A DNA stretch of 63,489 bases from Spirochaetales bacterium (GCA_016928955.1 JAFGJV010000058.1:1-63489), one strand, 5' to 3'; shown: positions 37,708-48,547, numbered from the stretch's first letter. Numbers and translations are program-made. Notes: generated by a model not told the origin, from the sequence alone.

Positions 37708-39414
37708 CTACTCCTCCCTGAGCCAGGTGCGTATCAGCTGGGCGACGTCCTCGGGGTGCTCCTTGGCCATGTTGATGGCGTGCTCCTGGAGATCCAAGCG
37801 CTTGCGCTCCTCCACGGACATGGATACCTCGATGTTCTGTTCCTCCGCCTGCCGTATGGCGTTCTCCCGGAGCATCTGCTGCTCCAGGGCGCGCTTCTCC
37901 TCGGCTATCCTGCGGCGGCGCTCCAGTTCCCTGGACACCAGCCTGAACACTATGAACGACACCAGGAGGAAGGCCAGGCCGATCAGGGAGTACAGGACCA
38001 CGCGCCTGATCTGGAGGCCGCGCAGGTACTCCTCGTCCTCTTCCCTGAACTGGGCCGTGCGGTCGAACTGGATGTTGCGCACGGTGACCGAGTCGCCGCG
38101 CATCCTGTCGTACCCCACCGCGTCGCGTACCAGGGCGGCGGCCGAGTCCAGCTCCTCCTGGGTTATGGGCACGTAGTCGCGCGCTATGGCTCCGTCCGGG
38201 CCGAGCTCCGGCTCCCCTTTGTCAGTATACTTCCATTTCCACACCCCGTCGATATTGACCGACACGGTCACGCGTTCTATGGCCGGGGACGTGTCTTCCT
38301 GGATGTTCCGCTCGTTGATGGCCTCGTTTTCAAGGACGTAGGTTTCCGTGGCCGAGCCGACCATGTTCTGCAGGTCCTTGTATGCGGGCGCCGTCTGGCC
38401 TTCCACCCCTGCCGGGCCCTCAGGATTGAATGCCGTGCCCTCGTATTCGTAGGTCTTGCGCTCGGTGGACTCGCGGACGCTCGGCCTGATGTCCGAGTCA
38501 TCGTAGGGGGTCACCGGGTTGTCCGGCTTGAGCGTGAAGGGGAAGTACTCCTTGGTGGACACAACCTTCTTGCTCATGTCCATGTCTATCTTGATGTTGA
38601 GGTCGCGCACCCGGTCGGACGTGTATATCTGCTGGAGGGCCTTGAGCACGGCCGCCCTGTAGTACGCCTCCTGGCGCTGTATCAGCTGCTGCTCTCGCTT
38701 GGTCAGCTCCAGGCGGTCCAGGTCCTCTAGGCCGGCAAAGTCGTTGAGCACGATGCCGTTCTGGTCGGTGATGACGATATTCTCGTCCAGGAGGCCTGAC
38801 ACCGCGAACTTGATGATCTTCTGGACGCCTTCAAGCTTTGATCGGTTGGTGGTGATGTCGGAACCCGGCCGGGGATACAGGATGACGCTCGCAGTCACCG
38901 GCTTCTGGTCCTCGCTGAAAAGCTCGTCCTCCGGAAGCTCGATCACCACGTTGGCCTTGTCCACGTCCGCCACGCTCTCTATGTGGCGGGTCACTTCCTG
39001 GATGATGGCGCGGCGCAGGTTGACGTTGCGCTCAAAGTCGGTGACCGTGAAGCGGTCCACGGAGAACACGTCCCACAGGCTCGTGCCCTTGGGTATGAGG
39101 TCCTCGCGGAGGAGCAGGGACACCGCCTGCGAGCGCGTGGCCTGGTCGTCAACGTAGACTATGTTGTCCTCGCTGACGGAGAAGCCTATGCCCTCCTCGT
39201 CCAGGCGGTTGGTGATAAGCCTGAGTTCGTCGTCGCTCCGTATGGGCGTGTTGATGAGGCGCACCTGCGTGGGCGAGCCTGACACGGTGAAGAGGAGCAC
39301 GATGCCCACCACGGCCGCCAGCACAACGCCGCCAAGGATGAGCTTCTGAGGCAGGCCCCAGTTTCCCCACAGGGTCTTGAGGCGTTCCATGGTCTTCTTG
39401 AACCACTCGTTCAT
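37708..39414 (-). CDS. fliF: MS-ring protein FliF
   Basis: Two TM segments, TASVIL, ENIVITDQNG, GYDRMRGDSVTV, C-terminal PEDVAQLIRTWL. Confidence 0.96.
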   Translation of the reverse strand: MNEWFKKTMERLKTLWGNWGLPQKLILGGVVLAAVVGIVLLFTVSGSPTQVRLINTPIRSDDELRLITNRLDEEGIGFSVSEDNIVYVDDQATRSQAVSLLLREDLIPKGTSLWDVFSVDRFTVTDFERNVNLRRAIIQEVTRHIESVADVDKANVVIELPEDELFSEDQKPVTASVILYPRPGSDITTNRSKLEGVQKIIKFAVSGLLDENIVITDQNGIVLNDFAGLEDLDRLELTKREQQLIQRQEAYYRAAVLKALQQIYTSDRVRDLNIKIDMDMSKKVVSTKEYFPFTLKPDNPVTPYDDSDIRPSVRESTERKTYEYEGTAFNPEGPAGVEGQTAPAYKDLQNMVGSATETYVLENEAINERNIQEDTSPAIERVTVSVNIDGVWKWKYTDKGEPELGPDGAIARDYVPITQEELDSAAALVRDAVGYDRMRGDSVTVRNIQFDRTAQFREEDEEYLRGLQIRRVVLYSLIGLAFLLVSFIVFRLVSRELERRRRIAEEKRALEQQMLRENAIRQAEEQNIEVSMSVEERKRLDLQEHAINMAKEHPEDVAQLIRTWLREE

Positions 39415-39506
39415 GTTCCCCCTCCCAGAAGAACGAACGACAGGGGCGCCGCGGGGCGCCTTCCATCATTCCGCGTTTGGGTACGCAGGGCCGTCAGGGC
39501 GCCCCG

Positions 39507-39881
39507 TCACCTCGTGTTTATGAGATCGCGCCACGCGCTGACGACCCGGCTGAGCACCGTCCGCGCTATGTTGAGCGACATGTTGGCCTTGGCCATGGCT
39601 ATGGTCACGTCATGGGCCTCTATGGAATCAGGGTCGACGATAAAGCTCTCTATGGCCTGGCTGGCGTCCAGCTGGTCCTGGTTGACGCCGTTCAGGGCCT
39701 GGAGCATGGCGTCCTCAAAGCCCGATACATGGAGCGCGTCGGACTGGGCGGAGCCGTCCTCAGCGTCGAGGATGCCGGACACGCCGGACAGCTGGGCAAG
39801 GCTCCTCGCCGTGGTCGGCTTGGTCACCATCTGTATGTCGCGGACGCTGCTCGCGCCGGAAAGCCCGAATATGGTCGCCAT
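39507..39881 (-). CDS. fliE: Hook-basal body protein FliE
   Basis: HDVTIAMAKANMSL..VVSAWRDL; between flgC and fliF. Confidence 0.9.
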   Translation of the reverse strand: MATIFGLSGASSVRDIQMVTKPTTARSLAQLSGVSGILDAEDGSAQSDALHVSGFEDAMLQALNGVNQDQLDASQAIESFIVDPDSIEAHDVTIAMAKANMSLNIARTVLSRVVSAWRDLINTR

Positions 39882-39883
39882 GT

Positions 39884-40342
39884 CTACCTGCCTATCTCGA
39901 GGGCCTTGAGAAACATGGACTTGGCCCCGTTCACAATCTGAGCATTGGCCTCATACGCACGCGACGCGGCTATGAGGTCGACCATCTCCGTCACTATGTT
40001 GACGTTGGGATACTCCACGTAGCCCTCGTAGGGCCCGGACAGGATGGCGTCCGGATGAGTGGGGTCGTACACGTAGCGCGACGCCGTGGCCGTGTCCTTC
40101 TGTATCTCCGACACGCGCACGCCGTTGCCCGCCCCACCGTCCCACTCGTCCGGCAGGAACGGCAGGCGGAAATACGGCGTGTCCGTGATCGGCTCGAGTA
40201 CCACCCGCGAACGCTTATACGCCCCGCCCTCGGGAGTGCGCGTGGTGTCCACGTTGGCTATGTTGTCCGCGATCACGTCCTGCCTGAGTCGCTCGGCCGT
40301 CATGCCGGTGGCCGCTATGTTGATGGCGGTAAACATTCCCAT
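39884..40342 (-). CDS. flgC: Rod protein FlgC
   Basis: DNIANVDTTRT, YDPTHPDA, PNVNIVTEMVDLIAASRAYEAN. Confidence 0.97.
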   Translation of the reverse strand: MGMFTAINIAATGMTAERLRQDVIADNIANVDTTRTPEGGAYKRSRVVLEPITDTPYFRLPFLPDEWDGGAGNGVRVSEIQKDTATASRYVYDPTHPDAILSGPYEGYVEYPNVNIVTEMVDLIAASRAYEANAQIVNGAKSMFLKALEIGR

Positions 40343-40367
40343 GTCCGTGCTCCTTGCTCAAGCCGCG

Positions 40368-40790
40368 CTACTGGCGCAGCACCTGGCTGACCTGGTTGAA
40401 TTCGTAGGCCGCGGCCTGGGTCATCAGCGTGTAGCGCAGTTGGTTCTGCAGTGACGCCATGAATTCCTCTTCCGCGTTGACGTTGTTTCCGTTGTTCTTC
40501 TCCGTGGACAGGTAGTCAAGGACGCGGCGCGGCTCCACGGTTTTCCAGTCCACCGGCTGGTAGTTGGACAAGTGGCGCTCTCTCGAGCGCTTGAGCTCCA
40601 GCACCGGCCTCGAATCCTCGCTGTCTATGGCCCGCTTGAGGAACGACTCAAAGTTGATGTCCGAGCGCTTGAAGTTGGGCACGTCCGCGTTGGCGATGTT
40701 GTTGGCTATCACGCTATGGCGCAGGCTGCTTACGTCCATGCTCCGCTGGAGCAACTCGATGGACCTTCCGAATCCGCTGTTCTCGAACAT
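40368..40790 (-). CDS. flgB: Rod protein FlgB
   Basis: VIANNIANADVPNFK, NGNNVN; ATG 40790 after GGAGG. Confidence 0.95.
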   Translation of the reverse strand: MFENSGFGRSIELLQRSMDVSSLRHSVIANNIANADVPNFKRSDINFESFLKRAIDSEDSRPVLELKRSRERHLSNYQPVDWKTVEPRRVLDYLSTEKNNGNNVNAEEEFMASLQNQLRYTLMTQAAAYEFNQVSQVLRQ

Positions 40791-40830
40791 CCCTACCTCC
40801 GCGGCTTCCGCCGCCCAGTTCCACGTTCTA

Positions 40831-40858
40831 GTATCGGCCGCCACGGCCTCCGGGCTTA
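40831..40858 (-). promoter_or_regulatory. Sigma28 promoter upstream of flgB
   Basis: Minus strand TAAG-N16-GCCGATAC versus consensus TAAA-N15/16-GCCGATAA. Confidence 0.65.
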
Positions 40859-40870
40859 GCCCGGAAGCCC

Positions 40871-42244
40871 TCACAGGATGAAGCGTCCCAGATCCTCGCG
40901 CTCGAATACCCCGGCAAAACGTTCGTCCACAAAGGCCTGGTCTATCTCGATGCGCTGTCCGGAGCGCTCTGGCGCGTCGAAAGACAGCTCCTCAAGGAGG
41001 TGCTCCATCACCGTGTGGAGCCTGCGCGCGCCTATGTTCTCCGTCCTGGAATTGGCCGTCTCGGCTATGCCGGCCAGCCTGTCCAGTGCTTCCTCAGTAA
41101 AGGCCAGGTCCACGCCCTCCGTGGACAGAAGCTGCGCGTACTGCTTGACCAGGGCGTTCTCTGGCTCGGTCAGGATACGCCGGAAATCGGCGGCCAACAG
41201 CGCGTCCAGTTCCACCCGTATGGGAAAGCGCCCCTGCAGTTCGGGTATGAGGTCCGTTGGCTTGGACACGTTGAAGGCGCCGGACGCTATGAACAGGATG
41301 TGGGTGGTGTCCACCACGCCGTACTTGGTGCTCACCTTGCTGCCTTCCACGATGGGCAGGATATCGCGCTGGACGCCTTCCCGCGACACGTCCATGCCGC
41401 CAGACTTGCCTTCCCGGTTGGCTATCTTGTCTATTTCGTCTATGAAGATGATGCCGGCCTGCTCCACCCGCTCCCGGGCATCGGCGCTTGCGCGGTCTCG
41501 GTCCACCAGGCGCTCTGCTTCCTCCTCCTGGAGTATGCGGCGGGCATCCGCCACGGTAACGGACTTTTTCTTCTTCTTGCCGCCAAAGAGCCCGCTCAGG
41601 CCTGACAAGGCAGACTCGAGCTCCTCCATCTGCTGTCCGGAAAAAATCTCTATAGACGGCGTGTTCTGCGACGCCACCTGCACTTCCACCATGCGCTGGT
41701 CCAGGGAACCGGAGCGCAGCATGGCCCTGAACTTCTCCCGCGTGTCCGACTGGGCGCCGGGCAACGGCTGGGGGACGACAAGTCCGGCCCCGGCGGCTTC
41801 CTGCGGCTTCTGGCCGACGCCCGGCAGGAGAAGGTCCAGAAGCCGTTCCTCCGCCCTGCTGTCCGCGTCGGCCTTGACGGCTGCCTGCATCTCTTCCATG
41901 ACCATGCGGAAACCAGCGGCCATCAGGTCGCGGACCATGGACTCAACGTCCCGTCCCACGTAGCCGACCTCGGTGTACTTGGTCGCCTCTACCTTGACAA
42001 AGGGAGCCCCGCACAGCCTGGCCAGGCGCCTGGCTATCTCCGTCTTGCCCACGCCGGTGGGGCCCATCATCAGGATGTTCTTGGGCGCTATCTCCTCGCG
42101 CTGGGCCTCCGGAAGGAGCTTGCGCCTGAGCCGGTTGCGCAGGGCTATGGCCACCGCGCGCTTGGCCCTGTTCTGGCCTATGATGTGGCGGTCCAGCTCC
42201 TCGACGATGCGGCGCGGCGTGAAGACGGTAAAATCCTCGGTCAC
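40871..42244 (-). CDS. hslU: ATP-dependent protease ATPase subunit HslU
   Basis: [49 protein letters not shown]. Confidence 0.97.
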   Translation of the reverse strand: MTEDFTVFTPRRIVEELDRHIIGQNRAKRAVAIALRNRLRRKLLPEAQREEIAPKNILMMGPTGVGKTEIARRLARLCGAPFVKVEATKYTEVGYVGRDVESMVRDLMAAGFRMVMEEMQAAVKADADSRAEERLLDLLLPGVGQKPQEAAGAGLVVPQPLPGAQSDTREKFRAMLRSGSLDQRMVEVQVASQNTPSIEIFSGQQMEELESALSGLSGLFGGKKKKKSVTVADARRILQEEEAERLVDRDRASADARERVEQAGIIFIDEIDKIANREGKSGGMDVSREGVQRDILPIVEGSKVSTKYGVVDTTHILFIASGAFNVSKPTDLIPELQGRFPIRVELDALLAADFRRILTEPENALVKQYAQLLSTEGVDLAFTEEALDRLAGIAETANSRTENIGARRLHTVMEHLLEELSFDAPERSGQRIEIDQAFVDERFAGVFEREDLGRFIL

Positions 42245-42783
42245 GACAGCTCCTCCACGATTACCTGGTCATTGGTGTATATGCATATGTTCCCGGCTAT
42301 ACCGAGGCTCCGCTTGGCCACCTCTGCGGCGCTCAGGGCTCCGGCCTGGTCGGCATCCATATAGGCCAGGGCGGCCGAGTACGCGTAGTTGCCGCCCGAG
42401 CCTATGGCTATTGCGTTTTCCGCTGGCTCTATCACGTCCCCGGTCCCGGACAGAAGCAGGGTCTTGTCCCGGTCGGCGACCAAAAGGAGGGCTTCCAGGC
42501 GCCTGAGCATGCGGTCGGTGCGCCAGTCCTTGGCCAGCTCCACGGCCGCGCGCGTGAGGTCGCCAGAATGCTCCTTGAGCTTGCCCTCGAAGTGCTCGAG
42601 CAGGGTAAAAGCGTCGGCCGTGGCCCCGGCAAAGCCGGCCAGAACCGTGCCGTTGTGGATGCGCCTGACCTTGCGAGCGTTGCCTTTGACCACGGCCTCT
42701 CCCATGGTCACCTGGCCGTCTCCGGCCATGGCCACCGCGCCGCCGCGCCGCACAGCTATCACCGTGGTAGATCTGATCGTCAT
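42241..42783 (-). CDS. hslV: ATP-dependent protease peptidase subunit HslV
   Basis: [33 protein letters not shown] at 42783. Confidence 0.96.
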   Translation of the reverse strand: MTIRSTTVIAVRRGGAVAMAGDGQVTMGEAVVKGNARKVRRIHNGTVLAGFAGATADAFTLLEHFEGKLKEHSGDLTRAAVELAKDWRTDRMLRRLEALLLVADRDKTLLLSGTGDVIEPAENAIAIGSGGNYAYSAALAYMDADQAGALSAAEVAKRSLGIAGNICIYTNDQVIVEELS

Positions 42784-43739
42784 GCTTGTTCCTTCCTGGG
42801 CCGCCCGCCCCGCGTCGGCGCTCCCTTGCGCGGCGGAACCGCGGCGGCAGGGGACTCGGCATGCGGATGGGCGCGCTGGTACACGGAGCGCAGGCGCTCT
42901 ATGTCCACGTGGGTGTACACCTGCGTGGTCGATATGCTCTCGTGGCCGAGCATGGCCTGGACGGTGCGGATGTCCGCTCCCCTGCCCACCATGTGCGTGG
43001 CGAACGAGTGGCGGAACCCGTGGGGCGACACCCTGGAGCGCAGGCCCACGGCGAGCGACCGGCGCTCCACGATCCACGCTATGCCGCGCTCGGTCAGCTT
43101 GCCGCCCCTGGCGTTGAGAAAAAGCCAGGGCTGGAGACGCTCCGCCTTCATCCTGGCCTGCCGGTACGGGAGCCAGGCGCGGATGGCGGCCACCGCGGGG
43201 GCGGACAGGAACACCACGCGCTCCTTGGCTCCCTTGCCCCGCACGCGGGCCCTTCCGGAATCCAGATCCACGGCCGCCATCGTCAGGTTGGACAGCTCCG
43301 ACACGCGGCAGCCCGTGCTGTACATGGTCTCGAACAGGGCGGAGTCCCGGGCCGGGGCAAAGCCGTCGCCCGCGGTAGAGTCCAGTAGCTCGTTCATCTC
43401 GCCCTCGAAGAGGAAACCCGGCAGGCGCCTGGCCAGTGGCAGGGCTTCCACGTCCCGAGCGGGGTTGGTCAGCGCCTTGCCGTAGCGGGTGAGGTAGCGG
43501 TACAGGCCTTTGACCGCGGACAGGGCCCGGTTCACGGACGCTGTGGCATAGCCGTCGCGAACCATGCCGGCCACAAAGGCCCGCACGTCCGCAGGGCCCG
43601 CGTCGTCGGGCGTCACGCCCGAGCGAGCGCAGGCCGCCTCATAGAGGGCTAGGTCCTCACGGTACGACGCAACCGTACGCGGCGACAGCGAACGCACCGC
43701 GGCCAGGTAGGCCAGATACTCGTCAGTCTTCGCCGACAT
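42780..43739 (-). CDS. xerC: Tyrosine recombinase XerC-like
   Basis: [40 protein letters not shown]; topA-xerC-hslVU context. Confidence 0.85.
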   Translation of the reverse strand: MSAKTDEYLAYLAAVRSLSPRTVASYREDLALYEAACARSGVTPDDAGPADVRAFVAGMVRDGYATASVNRALSAVKGLYRYLTRYGKALTNPARDVEALPLARRLPGFLFEGEMNELLDSTAGDGFAPARDSALFETMYSTGCRVSELSNLTMAAVDLDSGRARVRGKGAKERVVFLSAPAVAAIRAWLPYRQARMKAERLQPWLFLNARGGKLTERGIAWIVERRSLAVGLRSRVSPHGFRHSFATHMVGRGADIRTVQAMLGHESISTTQVYTHVDIERLRSVYQRAHPHAESPAAAVPPRKGAPTRGGRPRKEQA

Positions 43740-45876
43740 GCTCGTCGTCCTGACTGTGGAGATAGTCGCACGCGGGGTTGATGCACGCCTTGTACGACCC
43801 GCGCTTTTTGTCAAAGCGTTCCACCAGGAACCAGCCGCACTTGGGACAGTGGCTGTTGGTAGGCTTGTAGTAGGTGATGAAGTCGCACTCGGGGTAGCGA
43901 GAGCAACCGTAGAACTCACGGCCGCGGCTCTTGGCCTTTCGGCGCGCCACGATATCGCCTCCGCAGCCGGGGCGCGGGCATTTGGCCAGGGGGATGCTCT
44001 TGGTGTTCCTGCATTCGGGGAACCCGGTGCATGCCAGGAAGAAACCAAAGCGGCCGAGCTTCTTGACCATGGGCTTGCCGCACTTGTCGCATACCTGGTC
44101 GCTCGGCTCGTCCAAGGTGCCGCGGTAGCTCTGGAGGGTTTCCATCACCTCGTCCACGCGGGCCTTGAAGGGCCCGTAGAAGTCGCCCATGGACGCCACC
44201 CAGTCGCGCTTGGACTCCTCCACCTGGTCCAGCATGGATTCCATGCCTGCCGTGAACCCAGCGTCCACCACGTCCGGGAAGGACTCAACCAGAATGTCGT
44301 TGATCATGCGGCCCAGGGTGGTGGGTACGAGCTGGCGGTTCTCGCGCGTCACGTAGTAGCGCTCCAAAAGGACCGATATGATGGGCGCGTAGGTGGACGG
44401 CCGCCCTATGCCCTTCTCTTCCAGCATCTTGATGATGGACGCGTCGGTGAAGCGGGACGGACCCTGGGTAAAATGCTGTTCCGGCCTGTAGCCTTCGAGC
44501 TTGAGCTGTTCGCCCACTTTCATGTCCGGCAGGGCGGATTCCTTGTCGTCCTTGGTGGCCAAAAGCTTGATGACCTTGTAGAAGCCCTTCTCCGCCAGCC
44601 TTGACGCGTTGACGCGGAACAGGGCGTCGCCTGCGGCCACGTCCAGGGTAGCGGTGCGCATCCTGGCCGGAATCATCTGGCTGGCCACAAAGCGCTCCCA
44701 GATGATGGTATACAGCCTGAGCTGGTCGCGGTTCAGGTACTCCTTTATGGAATCCGGGGTATACGACACCATGGTTGGCCGGATGGCCTCATGCGCGTCC
44801 TGGGCTTTCTTGTCCGTGGCGTAGGCCACCGGCTCGGGCGGGAGCTCGGCCGGATAGTGCTGGCCAAGATAGTCGCGCAGCTCGGTCAGGGCCACGTCGG
44901 ACACGCGCACCGAGTCCGTGCGCATGTAGGTGATGATACCTATGCGCGTGGAGCCTATGTTGACGCCCTCATAGAGCTGCTGGGCCACCTGCATGGTCTT
45001 CTTGCTGGTAAAGCCCAGGCGGTTGGCAGCTGTCTGCTGGAGCTTGCTGGTGGTGAACGGCGGCTTGGGCTTGATGGAGCGCTCGGTCTCCCGGATGTCG
45101 GCGGCCACGCAGGGAGCGCCGGACACGGCGTCCATGACGGCTCGAACGTCGGCCTCGCTCCTGAGGTTGACCTTGTCGCCCTTGAAGGATACCAGCTCGC
45201 CCGAGAACGAAAAGCGGCCTTTCTTGAAATCGGCCTCCAAGCTCCAGTATTCCTCCGGGATGAAGGACTCCACGTCGCGCTCGCGCTCGCAAATCAGGCG
45301 CAGGGCCACCGACTGGACGCGGCCGGCCGACAGGCCGTTCTTTACCTTTTTCCACAAGAGGGGGGATATGCTGTAGCCGACGATGCGGTCCAGCACGCGC
45401 CGCGCCTTCTGCGCGTTCACCTTGTCCTCATCCAGCTCGTGCGGATGCTTGACGGCGTCGCGTATAGCCTGGGGCGTGATCTCGTTGAACACGATGCGCT
45501 TGATGTCCAGGCCTTCCAGCTTGGCCAAAAGGGCGTTGCGTATGTGGTAGGATATGGCCTCGCCCTCGCGGTCGTTATCGGAAGCCAGGAGCACGGCCGA
45601 GGATTTCTTGGCCTGCTTCTGGAGTTCCTTCAGTAGCTTTGCCTTGCCGCGTATGGTCAGGTACTCGGGCGTAAAGCCGTGCTCCACGTCAACGCCCATG
45701 CGCGACTTGGGCAAGTCTATGAGATGCCCCATGGACGCCAGCACCACGTACTTGTCGCCCAGGTATTTCTCTATGGTCTTGGCCTTGGCCGGCGACTCGA
45801 CGATGACCAGGGTGGGTTTCTTCTGAGCCGCTGGTTTGCGGGTCTTCTTCTTGGTTTCAGGTGCTTCACTGGCCAT
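43723..45876 (-). CDS. topA: DNA topoisomerase I
   Basis: VIVESPAKAKTI, SDNDREGEAI, SAGRVQS, ITYMRTDS, HEAIRPT, C-terminal Zn ribbons. Confidence 0.98.
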   Translation of the reverse strand: MASEAPETKKKTRKPAAQKKPTLVIVESPAKAKTIEKYLGDKYVVLASMGHLIDLPKSRMGVDVEHGFTPEYLTIRGKAKLLKELQKQAKKSSAVLLASDNDREGEAISYHIRNALLAKLEGLDIKRIVFNEITPQAIRDAVKHPHELDEDKVNAQKARRVLDRIVGYSISPLLWKKVKNGLSAGRVQSVALRLICERERDVESFIPEEYWSLEADFKKGRFSFSGELVSFKGDKVNLRSEADVRAVMDAVSGAPCVAADIRETERSIKPKPPFTTSKLQQTAANRLGFTSKKTMQVAQQLYEGVNIGSTRIGIITYMRTDSVRVSDVALTELRDYLGQHYPAELPPEPVAYATDKKAQDAHEAIRPTMVSYTPDSIKEYLNRDQLRLYTIIWERFVASQMIPARMRTATLDVAAGDALFRVNASRLAEKGFYKVIKLLATKDDKESALPDMKVGEQLKLEGYRPEQHFTQGPSRFTDASIIKMLEEKGIGRPSTYAPIISVLLERYYVTRENRQLVPTTLGRMINDILVESFPDVVDAGFTAGMESMLDQVEESKRDWVASMGDFYGPFKARVDEVMETLQSYRGTLDEPSDQVCDKCGKPMVKKLGRFGFFLACTGFPECRNTKSIPLAKCPRPGCGGDIVARRKAKSRGREFYGCSRYPECDFITYYKPTNSHCPKCGWFLVERFDKKRGSYKACINPACDYLHSQDDEHVGED

Positions 45877-45916
45877 CGTTCAAACTCCTCATTCTGGTAT
45901 GGGCGACTATGGCGCC

Positions 45917-46825
45917 TTAGCGATCCGCGGCGAGCGCGGCCCTTCCTGCACCGGCCCAGTCGGCCGCCACGTCCTTGAAACAGCTCACGGGCAGGGCTCC
46001 GTCGGCCTCCAGGGCGTCCGAGCCCTCCGAGCGCTGACCGCCTGCCGCGTCGGCGGCTATGTATACGTCCCGCCCTTCCTCCAGCGCGTAGTCGGCCGTA
46101 ATCAGGGCGCCCGAGCCTTTTGGCGCCTCGACCACCAGGGTGGACCGGCACAGGCCCGCGATAATGCGGTTCCTCTCCGGAAAAGTCCAGCGGGCGGGGG
46201 CCGTGCCCGGAGGATACTCGGACAATAGCCCGCCGCCTGACGCCAGCATCTTGGCGGCCAGATCCTTGTTGGACAGGGGATATACCCTGTCCAGGCCCCG
46301 CCCGAGCACCGCAAAGGTGGGCGCGCCGCCCTCCATGCAGCCCCGGTGCGCCGCCGCGTCTATGCCGCGAGCCAGCCCGGATACCACGGTCACGCCCGCC
46401 TCGGCGGCCTCCCGGGCCAGACGGCGCGCCGCCTCCAGGCCCCTGCCCGTGGGATAGCGCGTGCCCACCATGGCCACGGCTGGCCGGTTCGGATCCGGCA
46501 GGCGCCCCCTCACGAACAGCAGGAAGGGCGGGCGGGCCGTCTCGCGCAGGGCTGGCGGATAGTCCGAATCGCCATACGCGCTGGCCCTGACACCAGCCGC
46601 CTTCATCCAATCCAGGTCCCGCCTGGCTTCATACACCATCAGCTCTGGCCGCCACGCGTCCGTTCTCAGAGTCCGTCCGCACAGTCGCTCCAGGTCGGAA
46701 CGGCCCAGGCCTTGTAGCCCGCGGGCGTCCCCTGCCACGTCCGCCACCAGGGAACGTTCGCGCGCGTTCATGCACGGCGAACGCGCCAGGGCAAGCAGGC
46801 ACAGAAGGCTCTCATCACTGGTCAT
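45917..46825 (-). CDS. dprA: DNA-processing protein DprA (Smf)
   Basis: VAMVGTR, VVSGLARGIDAAAH, FPERNRIIAGL, VVEAPKGSGALITA; ATG at 46825. Confidence 0.95.
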   Translation of the reverse strand: MTSDESLLCLLALARSPCMNARERSLVADVAGDARGLQGLGRSDLERLCGRTLRTDAWRPELMVYEARRDLDWMKAAGVRASAYGDSDYPPALRETARPPFLLFVRGRLPDPNRPAVAMVGTRYPTGRGLEAARRLAREAAEAGVTVVSGLARGIDAAAHRGCMEGGAPTFAVLGRGLDRVYPLSNKDLAAKMLASGGGLLSEYPPGTAPARWTFPERNRIIAGLCRSTLVVEAPKGSGALITADYALEEGRDVYIAADAAGGQRSEGSDALEADGALPVSCFKDVAADWAGAGRAALAADR

Positions 46826-47576
46826 ACAGCTCGTCCAGGATGAGCTTCTTGTTCTCAGCGGCCAGGGCCTTCTTGTCTTCCACCGTGGAAAATTCCAGAA
46901 CCTTGTCAAAGGCATCGACGGCGTCCTCAAGGCGGCCGGCCCCGTACAGGGCCCGACCGTACACCAGGAAGCCGTCGGCGTCCCGCGTGTTGATCTCAAG
47001 GTACCGTTCCATGAAAGAGGCTGCCTCCGCGTGCCTGTCCATCTCGTAGGTGTACAGCACGGCCAGCCCATACAGGCCCCTGCCGTATCTTGGATCAAGC
47101 TCCAGGGCCTCAAGATAAGCCTGCTCGGCAGTCATGAGCCAGGACAGGCGGTCTGCCTGGGCTCCCTGGACCTGGACTGACGCCGCTTTGGCCAGGTTCC
47201 CAGCGGACACGCCAACCACGTAATACAGGCCAGTGTTTGTCGGATACGAGCGCAAGGCCGTGATAGCGGCGTCATACGCCTCGCCGTACAGGCCCCTGTC
47301 CATCAGCTTGAAGGCCAGCAGCCGCCAATAGCCCGCGTGGTCGGCCATGGCCTGGGCGGTCTTTTCGGCCTCGTCGCCGTACTCGCGTATCGCCTCCCTG
47401 AGCTCCTCGACGCTGGACGGCGGGGCATTCTTCATAGCCCGCTCCTCCAGGTCGAACATGCGCTCAAGGAAATTCGCGTCTTTGTCCCCTGAACAGGACG
47501 ACAAGGCCAGAAGCGCGGGGGCCAGAAGCGCCATCGTGAGAGCGGCCGTCATGCGGCCGGGAATCGTACGTATCAT
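46815..47576 (-). CDS. TPR-repeat lipoprotein
   Basis: Lipobox LALSSC, TPR units (YLEALELDPRYGRGLYGLAVLY, GRALYGAGRLEDAVDAFDKVL). Confidence 0.8.
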   Translation of the reverse strand: MIRTIPGRMTAALTMALLAPALLALSSCSGDKDANFLERMFDLEERAMKNAPPSSVEELREAIREYGDEAEKTAQAMADHAGYWRLLAFKLMDRGLYGEAYDAAITALRSYPTNTGLYYVVGVSAGNLAKAASVQVQGAQADRLSWLMTAEQAYLEALELDPRYGRGLYGLAVLYTYEMDRHAEAASFMERYLEINTRDADGFLVYGRALYGAGRLEDAVDAFDKVLEFSTVEDKKALAAENKKLILDELYDQ

Positions 47577-48541
47577 GCTCGCTTCCCTCCTTCCGCCCCT
47601 ACGCCGGCCGGAACGCGGGCGCTTGCGTTTGGGCGTGTTGTATCCGCCTGGCCCCTGTCCCGCCTCGGGAAGAAGCCGTCGTGCGCCCGGGCCAGGTCGT
47701 CTGCGTCCACGTGGGTGTATATCTGCGTGGTGGCTATGTCCGCGTGCCCCAGGAGCTCCTGCACGGTGCGCAAGTCCGCTCCGCCGGCCAGAAGGTGCGT
47801 GGCAAAGGAGTGCCTGAGCGTGTGCGGCTTGCCGCTGACCCCGCTGGCCGCCCGCAGTTCGTCAAAACGCTTCCATACGCCCTTGCGCGATATTCCCGCT
47901 CCCGAGCGGTTGAGAAACACCAGGTCCGAGCGCTTGTTTTTTGCCAGAAGGGGCCTGGCCTCGTCCAGGTAGCGCGACAGCCACGCGGCGGCCTCGTCGC
48001 CAAAGGGCACGATGCGCTCCTTGCGCCGCTTGCCCGTTACCCGGATGATCCTTTCTTTAAGATACACCATGTCAAAGCTGAGGGTGGCCGCTTCGGATAT
48101 GCGGAGGCCGCAGGAGTAGATCAGCTCGAACAGGGCCCGGTCACGGAGACCCCCGGGCGAGGCCACGTCTATGGCTCCCAGAAACCGGTCAACCTCGTCG
48201 CGGCGGTACACGCCGGGCAGGCTCCGCTCCTGCCTGGGCAGTTCCAGGAGCTCCGTGGGGTCGTCGGCCCGCACGTTCTCGAGCCGGAGGAATTTGTACA
48301 GTCCCCGCAGGCCTGACACGATACGCGCCAGCGTCCTGGCCGACAAGCCCCCTGAGCGCCTGGACACCAGATATTCCAGGATGTTCTCCGTGGCCGCCGA
48401 CTCTACGGACAGGCCCCGCCCGCCCAGCCAGGCTTCCAGGCTTCGAGCTTCGCGGATATAGGCGTCCAGGGTCAGGGGCGAACGGCGGCGGGCCGCAAGC
48501 AGCCAGGCGCCGTAGCGCTCTATCGCGTCGCGGGCGGGCAC
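47573..48541 (-). CDS. xerD: Tyrosine recombinase XerD-like
   Basis: RDRALFELIYSCGLRISE, PHTLRHSFATHLLAGGADLRTVQELLGHADIATTQIYTH. Confidence 0.87.
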   Translation of the reverse strand: MPARDAIERYGAWLLAARRRSPLTLDAYIREARSLEAWLGGRGLSVESAATENILEYLVSRRSGGLSARTLARIVSGLRGLYKFLRLENVRADDPTELLELPRQERSLPGVYRRDEVDRFLGAIDVASPGGLRDRALFELIYSCGLRISEAATLSFDMVYLKERIIRVTGKRRKERIVPFGDEAAAWLSRYLDEARPLLAKNKRSDLVFLNRSGAGISRKGVWKRFDELRAASGVSGKPHTLRHSFATHLLAGGADLRTVQELLGHADIATTQIYTHVDADDLARAHDGFFPRRDRGQADTTRPNASARVPAGVGAEGGKRA

Positions 48542-48547
48542 GGGTGT

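Noticed and set aside
42780..48541. Two tyrosine recombinases as signs of a prophage or integrative element
   Set aside because: They are XerC/XerD-like, sit in conserved ftsZ/topA/hslVU context, and have no att sites, cargo or compositional shift.
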